DNA of 24,000 nucleotides, from positions 234,782 through 258,781 of the forward strand of contig NZ_JARBDC010000005.1 in assembly GCF_036577625.1 (NCBI RefSeq), given 5' to 3'. Position numbers and translations under genes: made by a program. The notes under the pieces were generated by a model. The model was not told the origin of the DNA. It worked only from the letters and a program-made list of their open reading frames with translations, and did not search any database. Source of the DNA: Paenibacillus sp. GYB003 (GTDB taxonomy: Bacteria; Bacillota; Bacilli; Paenibacillales; NBRC-103111). Shown here in pieces: positions 8,187 through 14,455 of the stretch; positions within the stretch are counted from its first letter, which is position 1; each line of letters starts with the position of its first letter.

Positions 8187-9008
8187 ATGATTCCGGAAGG
8201 AAATTTGCAAAGCAATATCGACCGTTTTACCGGCTTCGAGCACGTGTACGACCGTTTCCGTCCGACCGCCCCGCGCCCGGTCATCGACATCCTGACGACC
8301 TATTTGGGCCGCTCCCCTTCGCTTGTCGTCGATGTCGGCTGCGGAACCGGACTGTCGACGTTCGTCTGGCGCGGCAGCGCCGCCCGCGTCGTCGGCGTGG
8401 AGCCGAATGCGGATATGATCGGCCAAGCGAGGGCGAAGCTGGCCGCGCTTGACGGCGCCGGCTCTATATCGTTCGTTCAGGGCTATTCGAACAAGCTGGA
8501 GCTGGAATCCGAATCCGCCGATATCGTCACCTGCTCGCAATCGTTTCATTGGATGGAGCCGGTCAGCACGCTGCGGGAAGTATCCCGCATTCTGCGTCCG
8601 GGGGGCATTTTCGCCGCTTACGATTGCGACTGGCCGCCGACGATTCATTGGACCGTCGAGCAGGGCTACAACAAGCTGATCGAGAAAGCCGACGCGATCG
8701 TCGATCGGCTCGCCGACAAACGCGACAAAGCCGTCAAGCGCGATAAAGAGCGGCATTTGCAGCAGCTGCGCGACAGCGGCGCGTTCCGGTACACGAAAGA
8801 AATCGTGTTTCATAACGCGGAGCAGGGCGACGCCGAACGTTATGTCGGACTGGCGCTCAGCCAGGGCGGCGTTCAAACGGCGCTGAAGCTCGGAACGAAC
8901 GAATTGGACGCCGAGATCGCCGCGTTCCGCGAAGCGGCGGAACGATTTTTCGCCGGCCGGACGCTTGAGCTCCTGTTCGGCTACCGGATGCGTCTTGGCG
9001 TGAAATGA
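8187..9008 (+). CDS. Class I SAM-dependent methyltransferase
   Basis: 273 aa. SAM-binding motif I VVDVGCGTGLST, an acidic residue after beta-2 (VVGVEPNADM), and IVTCSQSFHWM. GGAGG lies 9 nt upstream of the ATG. Confidence 0.88.
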   Translation: MIPEGNLQSNIDRFTGFEHVYDRFRPTAPRPVIDILTTYLGRSPSLVVDVGCGTGLSTFVWRGSAARVVGVEPNADMIGQARAKLAALDGAGSISFVQGYSNKLELESESADIVTCSQSFHWMEPVSTLREVSRILRPGGIFAAYDCDWPPTIHWTVEQGYNKLIEKADAIVDRLADKRDKAVKRDKERHLQQLRDSGAFRYTKEIVFHNAEQGDAERYVGLALSQGGVQTALKLGTNELDAEIAAFREAAERFFAGRTLELLFGYRMRLGVK

Positions 9009-9033
9009 TCGGCCGCCGAACTTAGCGCATAGC

Positions 9034-9089
9034 GAAAAAACAAGACTATCCGACGGCGCCCAAACGCCTGCGGATAGTCTTTCGTTTTT
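9034..9089. terminator. Bidirectional rho-independent terminator between convergent genes
   Basis: AAGACTATCCG (9042-9052) pairs with CGGATAGTCTT (9071-9081), with an inner GGCG/CGCC pairing. It is flanked by GAAAAAAC on the left and TCGTTTTTC on the right. Confidence 0.7.
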
Positions 9090-9113
9090 CGGCCTCCGTT
9101 AGTCGGCCGGCAT

Positions 9114-9755
9114 TTATTCCGCTTCGGACACGACCGTGAACCGTTCGTTCGCATGCCGCGGATTTTCGATCTCGTCGACGATCGCGATTGCGAAATCGGC
9201 GTAGCTGACGTAGCTTTTGCCTTGCGAATTGACGAGCAATCGATCGCCGCCGGTGCGGTAGGCGCCGGTCCTTTTGCCTGCCGGGTCGAAAAAGGCCGAA
9301 GGGCTGACGAACGTCCAGCGAATGCCGGTCGACCGGCGCAAATCTTCCAGGTTTTGGCCCTGGTTCGACGCGGTCGCGTAGTACTCCTTCGGAAACTCCG
9401 GCGTCTCGAGGAGCCGCGTCGTCAGCGCCTCGTCCACGAACAAGCTGCCCGCGCCGCCGACAACGATCAGCCGGGTGTCCGGGGCTCCTTTCAGCGCTTC
9501 GATGAGCGCTCTCCCCCCTTCCACATGCTGATGCTCGCGGCCTGGCGCCGCGCCGAACGCGTTGACGACCGCGTCGAAGCTTTTCAAATCGTCCGCGTTC
9601 AAGTCGAATACCGATTTCCCGATGACGGCGACGTTCAAATCGCCCGCTTTCGACGCGTCGCGAACGATCGCGGTCACGTCGTGGCCTCTTGCGGCCGCTT
9701 CTTTTACGATAAGGCTCCCCGCTTTGCCGGTTGCGCCGATGACTGCGATTTTCAT
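9114..9755 (-). CDS. NAD(P)H-binding protein (atypical SDR, NmrA/YwnB-like)
   Basis: Start moved to ATG at 9755 (MKIAVIGATGKAGSLIVKEAAARGHDVTAIVRD, a Rossmann GxxGxxG) with GGGAGGA upstream. About 213 aa, typical of this family. Confidence 0.88.
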   Translation of the reverse strand: MKIAVIGATGKAGSLIVKEAAARGHDVTAIVRDASKAGDLNVAVIGKSVFDLNADDLKSFDAVVNAFGAAPGREHQHVEGGRALIEALKGAPDTRLIVVGGAGSLFVDEALTTRLLETPEFPKEYYATASNQGQNLEDLRRSTGIRWTFVSPSAFFDPAGKRTGAYRTGGDRLLVNSQGKSYVSYADFAIAIVDEIENPRHANERFTVVSEAE

Positions 9756-10189
9756 AAGGGCATATCCTCCCGTATTCGGAATCGGTTGGTCGGTAAGGGA
9801 AAGGCAGAGCGGTTTCTTCGCTCCGTTACGCAAGTCCTTTGTCGACGTTGCCGTACTAGACGCGGCGCGCTGGACGGTTCGGCCGGACGTAACCGGAATA
9901 TCTCCCGCTATTTCGCCTTCTGTCAGGGTGACTAAGCGATTTATCGGGAAATGCTACCTTAAATTCCGTCCCGCATCGTTGAAAAACACGGCTTCGCCCA
10001 AATTAGCGGGAGCTTTTCCTTTATAGCGGCCGACTTAAGGAAATCGGAAAAGGTTATCGGGAGGTTTTCACGTTATCGTCCGCCCCGGATCGGAATCGTC
10101 GATTGCCGTTTTGAATTAAGGTCGACTGCCGTATCGAGCTTAGTATGAATCTCCGCCGAACAAAGTATGACCTGCGGCCCAATCCAACC

Positions 10190-10226
10190 TGTAACAATTA
10201 TAGTTACACGATATCCGTTTTGTCAA
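10190..10226 (-). promoter_or_regulatory. Near-consensus sigma-A promoter with an overlapping palindrome
   Basis: Reverse strand reads TTGACA (10226-10221), an 18 nt spacer, then TATAAT (10202-10197). The -10 box sits inside the inverted repeat TGTAAC (10190-10195) / GTTACA (10203-10208). The nearest same-strand CDS starts about 435 nt downstream at 9755. Confidence 0.55.
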
Positions 10227-10692
10227 CTTGGGGAGGTCCGTTGCAAACGATTTGAAGAGTGATCCTCCGCCAATATTTTTCCGTTTCTGCGCTGGCGTAT
10301 TCTCCGGTTGCCACGGGGCTCGAACAGTACAGGAATACCTCCCGTTCATTCTTCTCCAGTCAAGCATCGGCTTGAAAGAACGGGAGAAGCTCCCGTTAAT
10401 CGCACTTGCATTGGCAAGAATGCGCGTTTCGAGCGGCATTATCGGGATGTCTTCCCTTTAAAATGTTCCTAAATCGGGGAACCCGACAAATTACATGGAC
10501 GTTTTCCATCAACATGTCTCCTTGTTGCAGGTTTTGCCGGCAATAAGAGTCAGCCCATCTGTCCCGTGCATCCATGAAGAGTTTCCGAAGCGGCACCGCC
10601 GGATTAATCGTTCGTTTCGCCGACCGAGCGGGAGGATACGACGCCGGGCTTCCCTACGACATAGCAGGGTAATACCAAGTGTGACCCGAACA

Positions 10693-10741
10693 ACAAAAAG
10701 AAGCGCCGCAAGCAATACCGAGTATTACTTGCAGCGCTTCT
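10693..10741 (-). terminator. Rho-independent terminator after the parM/RHH pair
   Basis: GAAGCGCCGCAAG (10700-10712) pairs with CTTGCAGCGCTTC (10728-10740): 13 bp with one mismatch. On the reverse strand it is followed by TTTTTGTTG, and it begins about 20 nt after the stop at 10762. Confidence 0.7.
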
Positions 10742-10761
10742 TTCGCCATTCGCTTAACGCG

Positions 10762-11082
10762 TTACAGCCAAGATTCGATATCCTCGTCGTCGATATCGTC
10801 CGGTTCGGGCTTGCGCTTCTCCGCGGAAGGGCCCGGCGCCAGATCCAGGGCGGCCGCGGCTTCCGCGCGAGTCCTCGCCGCGTCGGCCGGAATCATCGGA
10901 CGATCGGACGGAATGAAATGCTGCAAATTTCGCAGCCCGTTTTCGCGAATTTCGTTTTCGATCAAATACCGGATCGAATCCATCAGATTGGACTGGCTGT
11001 TGATCCACTCCATAATCGCGTCGGATTCGTTCTTTTTCGTTTTCAGGCTTATGTTTTCGCCGGGCAGTTTCCGTTTTTTCAC
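10762..11082 (-). CDS. Small DNA-binding adaptor candidate (ribbon-helix-helix-like, ParR/Alp7R-type position) with an acidic C-terminal tail
   Basis: 106 aa. GTG start with GAGGTG 8 nt upstream, 32 nt after the ParM-like stop. The N-terminus ISLKTKKNESDAIMEWINSQSNLMDSIRYLIENEIRENG fits a strand-helix-helix pattern. A Pro/Ala linker leads to the tail EPDDIDDEDIESWL. The functional call rests on position and pattern only. Confidence 0.55.
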   Translation of the reverse strand: MKKRKLPGENISLKTKKNESDAIMEWINSQSNLMDSIRYLIENEIRENGLRNLQHFIPSDRPMIPADAARTRAEAAAALDLAPGPSAEKRKPEPDDIDDEDIESWL

Positions 11083-11114
11083 GCTTCGTTCACCTCGGGC
11101 CGGGTCGTCCCCGC

Positions 11115-12311
11115 TTACCCGGCTTTAATCGCCTTGCCTTTCAACGTTTCGTATATTTTCCCGTGCACGAACGCGTTCAGCCCTTCGGCGTTGAGCGTGA
11201 TCGCGTGCTGCGGCGGAATGTAGAGCAGCCGGATTTCGCGCTCGTCGCACAGCTCCTTCAGCAGCGGATACAAGAAGGAACGCATCAAAATGCTGCCGCC
11301 CCCGTAAACGCAGATGACGTCGATTTCGTTGCGCGCCTTCGTCAGCTGCTTGCGGATGTTTTGAATAATATGCCGGGCTTGTCCTTCGAGCGGACGCTTC
11401 AGCGTGTTGATCGCCCTCGCGTAATATTTGTGCTTCGGATTTTTGATGACGTCGCTGAAAAATTGCCGCGGACTGTCCGGCAAATGGACGAGACGGTTGA
11501 ATTCGCCGAGCGCCTCCTCGATTGCGTAGCCCGCTCCGTGATGGCTCCCGTGCACGAATTGGCGCAAAAACTTGTTGCCTTCCGTGATCGGATATTCCGT
11601 CGAGCCGTCCCCGATATCCGTATGTAAGATCCGTTTGTCCTTGAAATACCCGCCGTTGAACGACTTGCCGAGCTGGTACGTGTTCACGAACTCCTCGAAA
11701 ATGTCGCCTTCCCGCGGACGCCCTTCCACGTCTTTTTGCAGCGCGAAAATGACCGGCGTCGCCTCCGGGATTACTTTCGTGTAATCGAACACGACTTTGA
11801 CGGCGACCCGCTGCTTGTTCAGATGCACGGTCACGTGATGCGCACCGTCGGTAAACCGTCTCTCGAACCGGGCGGCCGTCTCGTCGGAATGCTGCGTAAC
11901 CGGCAGCGCGGTCGCCATGTCGACATGGACCTCGACTTGCTCCGGTATCGTCTGGGTCTCTTCGTACGCCTTCTGCACGGCAACCGCCGCGATTTGGCCG
12001 AGCGTATTGATGATCGGCAAGTCCATGTCGCACTTTTGGTCGATGCCGATTTGCAGCGTATCGAGCAGCTCGCCGCTTTCCAGCGCGAACTTCCCGATAT
12101 AATACATGCCGGGCTTTACGGCCGGCGAATCGATCGTTACGATCAGCTGCTCGGACAAATTTTTGATGAAGCTCTCCGGCGGCAGCTCCTCGCTCCAAGG
12201 CAGCTTGTCCACTCCGCAATACACATTCGGCTGCTTGATCAGCCTGCCGTCGATAAACAAATCGTGCTCGCTGTTCCCGTTATCGTTTCCGACGAAAAAA
12301 TGATACTGCAT
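11115..12311 (-). CDS. ParM/StbA (Alp-type) actin-fold ATPase
   Basis: Start moved to ATG at 12311 (MQYHFFVGNDNGNSEHDLFIDG) with AAAGGAGG 10 nt upstream. Actin-fold signatures: phosphate-1 GNDNGNSE, phosphate-2 DIGDGSTEY, adenosine motif VYGGGS. About 398 aa. Confidence 0.85.
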   Translation of the reverse strand: MQYHFFVGNDNGNSEHDLFIDGRLIKQPNVYCGVDKLPWSEELPPESFIKNLSEQLIVTIDSPAVKPGMYYIGKFALESGELLDTLQIGIDQKCDMDLPIINTLGQIAAVAVQKAYEETQTIPEQVEVHVDMATALPVTQHSDETAARFERRFTDGAHHVTVHLNKQRVAVKVVFDYTKVIPEATPVIFALQKDVEGRPREGDIFEEFVNTYQLGKSFNGGYFKDKRILHTDIGDGSTEYPITEGNKFLRQFVHGSHHGAGYAIEEALGEFNRLVHLPDSPRQFFSDVIKNPKHKYYARAINTLKRPLEGQARHIIQNIRKQLTKARNEIDVICVYGGGSILMRSFLYPLLKELCDEREIRLLYIPPQHAITLNAEGLNAFVHGKIYETLKGKAIKAG

Positions 12312-12480
12312 AAAAGCCAAGCCTCCTTTATGATTCATTTTTTCGGTATTACCGGGCAATGCCGAATCGGCCGGCGCGGTAATGCTTTGCAACGCCAAAC
12401 GATGCGGTCCGCTATCTCGACTTGTCGGTTCGCGGCTTTCTCGAATAAGACGCTCCATTACAATACTTCGTAACACCGGC

Positions 12481-12500
12481 CGGAATTCGGTCGGAATTCG
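12481..12500. repeat. Tandem CGGAATTCG repeat (11 bp register) upstream of the parM-like gene; centromere/operator candidate
   Basis: CGGAATTCG at 12481-12489 and again at 12492-12500. Related CGAAT/TTCG-containing words recur at 12361-12370, 12441-12450, 12428-12436 and 12518-12527. Only two exact copies exist. Confidence 0.35.
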
Positions 12501-12546
12501 CGCGTTTTTTTGCGACCGTTCGCCGGTCGGCAGATAGCCGGGGACA

Positions 12547-12577
12547 TAAAAAAGCCACGGGAGACTCTCCGTGGCTT
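12547..12577 (-). terminator. Rho-independent terminator separating the PBECR-like gene from the parM-like gene
   Basis: On the reverse strand AAGCCACGG-agagtctc-CCGTGGCTT (12577-12553) is followed by TTTTTT (12553-12548). Confidence 0.75.
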
Positions 12578-12753
12578 CGTGCCGAACAGATCATAGGCAG
12601 GTGACAATCTGCATCTCCAAACGATGGGCGACGGCTGCCTGTTCCGTCCTCAAATGATCCATTCCATGCTATTTTATGTAACAGCAGTCTTTATTATAAT
12701 GTTGATTCCAGATCGATACAAGTCCGGGCCCCTTCATTTCGCCCGCGCGAATT

Positions 12754-13128
12754 TTACACCCGCTTGAGGGACCCTTCCTCGCGATACTTGGCGACCTTAT
12801 CCTCCGACATGACGAACAGCGTCCGGGCGAACAATTTCTTTTTGCTCGTCAGCCTTACGGCGACCAACACATAGACGTCGCGTTCTTCACGAAACACCTT
12901 GATATACTCGAGCGAGCCTCTTTTCGGATGAAGGGCTACGTAATCCGGATTTTGCAGAATGTCGCGAAGATACGGAAAATAAGTTTGAAAATCCGCGGGA
13001 TGTTCCTTGCTCATGTGAGCGATGTTTTGGTCGCCTATATAAATCGGCATATCCGCCTTGAGCGAAAGCTGCAGCGCGTCGATTACGTTTTGGGTTATTT
13101 TCCCGACTACCGTATTGTTTCCCACCAA
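12754..13128 (-). CDS. PBECR-like putative nuclease (phage Barnase-EndoU-ColicinE5/D-RelE fold family), stand-alone
   Basis: 124 aa. The pattern PIYIGDQNIAHMSKEHPADFQTYFPYLRDILQNPDYVALHPKRGSLEYIKVF...VYVLVAVRLTSKKKLFARTLFVM matches my memory of small PBECR-domain proteins on Firmicute plasmids and phages (xIxHxxxxHP...Y...I...PDYV...P...SIEYIK...VAVR). GAGGTG ribosome-binding site. The start is TTG at 13128 or GTG at 13125. Confidence 0.6.
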   Translation of the reverse strand: MVGNNTVVGKITQNVIDALQLSLKADMPIYIGDQNIAHMSKEHPADFQTYFPYLRDILQNPDYVALHPKRGSLEYIKVFREERDVYVLVAVRLTSKKKLFARTLFVMSEDKVAKYREEGSLKRV

Positions 13129-13248
13129 TGATCACCTCGCGGTTCCGGCCGTGCAGACGAAAGGGGCTTCCCGTTTTTCGTACAGCTTAAGATGATAGGT
13201 TCCCCTGTTTCGGGCAATCTTATATACGTACCGGACGGCCGAACATGC

Positions 13249-13304
13249 AAAAGAAAACGGACCCCGAGCGAACGTTCGAGCCGGTCGTCTTCCGCTCGTT
13301 CGGG
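13249..13304 (-). terminator. Candidate intrinsic terminator after the VOC/GyrI-like gene
   Basis: CCCGAGCGAACG (13263-13274) pairs imperfectly with CGCTCGTTCGGG (13293-13304). On the reverse strand it is followed by TCCGTTTTCTTTTG. Confidence 0.4.
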
Positions 13305-13369
13305 CTTCCGTCCCCTCCCGCTCCGCGAATCGCCTTACCGCGCATGCTCTCGCTCACGGAATGCCGAAG

Positions 13370-14272
13370 TCAGCAGTAGTCGTGCGTTTCGTCCGGCCCC
13401 ACCGTATACGGGACGTATACTTCATGGCTATCTTCGTGCATCCGTTCCAAATGGTACGCGTTAGGCGCTCCCGGTTCCGCCTTCAGAAAGCCGAACTGTT
13501 TGCCCAGCCAGCGGTATAGGCTCGAATACTCCGCCCTAAAATCGTCCCTGGCGCGTTCGAACGAAAAAACGGCGTAATACTGCCCCGGTATGACCAGCTC
13601 GACCAATTGTTCCGGAACGGAGACATTCGGCGCAAACTCCCGGCAGACGAACAAACGGTGCTCCGTTACCCCCGCATAACGCTCGATAATCGGGTTGACG
13701 CAGAAACGGCCGGGCAGCACTCCCTCGATTCCCTCGGTGTGACGGTCCAGCGTCGAAACGGCGTCGGACCATGCGGATCCGGGATCGCTTATATCCACGG
13801 TCGCCTGCACGCCGGCGCATCGGATCTCGGGAAGCTTCACGAACGTGTACGAAACGAGCCTCGGAAAATTCGGTCCGTTCACGTTCTCCGTTTCGTTCAA
13901 GCCGAACAGCCCGCTCCATACCCCGAACGTGTTGCCGTCCGGATCGCGGAATTGAAACCAATGCGTATTCGCCACCCCGATTTCGAGCGGGTCGACATCC
14001 GCCCCCTCCCTGACGAGTCGGTCATGGAACGCCCCCGCATCCCTCACATGGAAATTGAGCGTCCCTTGTCCTTTTTTCTCGACGTTTTTTCGAATCCAGC
14101 AAATGCGCCCGGGCGACATTTCCATCGTCGCGAAATGCGGATTGAAGGCCAGCACCTTAAACCGCAAACAACGGCAATACCAGGCCAACGCGCTTTCGAG
14201 CTCGCCGACGAACAAGGTCGGAATGACGGACGCGACAACGGGCGACGGCGTCGCTTTGTGAATGGGGATCAT
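13370..14272 (-). CDS. Two-domain protein: N-terminal VOC (glyoxalase/bleomycin-resistance fold) + C-terminal GyrI-like small-molecule-binding domain
   Basis: This is the last 300 codons of the 1232-aa track ORF. ATG at 14272 (MIPIHKATPSPVV) has AAAGAGGAG upstream. VOC pattern: LESALAWYCRCLRFKV...NFHVRDAGAFHDRLVREGADV...FQFRDPDGNTFGVW. GyrI-like pattern: FVKLPEIRCAGV...VIPGQYYAVFSF...YSSLYRWL...YHLERMHEDSHEVYVPY. Confidence 0.85.
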   Translation of the reverse strand: MIPIHKATPSPVVASVIPTLFVGELESALAWYCRCLRFKVLAFNPHFATMEMSPGRICWIRKNVEKKGQGTLNFHVRDAGAFHDRLVREGADVDPLEIGVANTHWFQFRDPDGNTFGVWSGLFGLNETENVNGPNFPRLVSYTFVKLPEIRCAGVQATVDISDPGSAWSDAVSTLDRHTEGIEGVLPGRFCVNPIIERYAGVTEHRLFVCREFAPNVSVPEQLVELVIPGQYYAVFSFERARDDFRAEYSSLYRWLGKQFGFLKAEPGAPNAYHLERMHEDSHEVYVPYTVGPDETHDYC

Positions 14273-14455
14273 GAACTTCTCCTCTTTCTGCCTTTGGCTG
14301 TTATTTGATTTGGAAAATTCACTGGTGACGATGCCGCGCAACCTTCGAAACGTGACATCCTTTTGCCAAAAAAGTCGAAAACAATTTCGAAGAGGAGTAC
14401 GCCCGCCCCGGCGCGAATAAAAAGCGGTGAGGCTTTGCCGGAACAAGGAGGACCT

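Noticed and set aside
10140-10439. 99-aa reverse ORF in the gene-poor region (also 10228-10461 forward and 10509-10715 reverse)
   Set aside because: No family resemblance. The 99-aa frame reads straight through the consensus promoter (10190-10226), and the 68-aa frame begins inside the parMR terminator. They are treated as non-coding, although decayed pseudogene fragments cannot be excluded without blastx.
12481-12500. Two adjacent EcoRI sites (GAATTC) as a hint of a restriction-modification or cloning artefact
   Set aside because: They are part of a short tandem repeat in a natural-looking intergenic region. No methyltransferase/endonuclease pair is adjacent, and the methyltransferase at 8187 is a generic small-molecule/protein class I type far away.
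14341-14377. Forward-strand ECF-like promoter for the sigma-fusion gene (GAAAC at 14347-14351 with GTC at 14374-14376; CGCAAC at 14337-14342 with CGTG at 14351-14354)
   Set aside because: The spacers are 22 nt and 8 nt respectively, far from the 16-17 nt expected, so no promoter is called for this gene.
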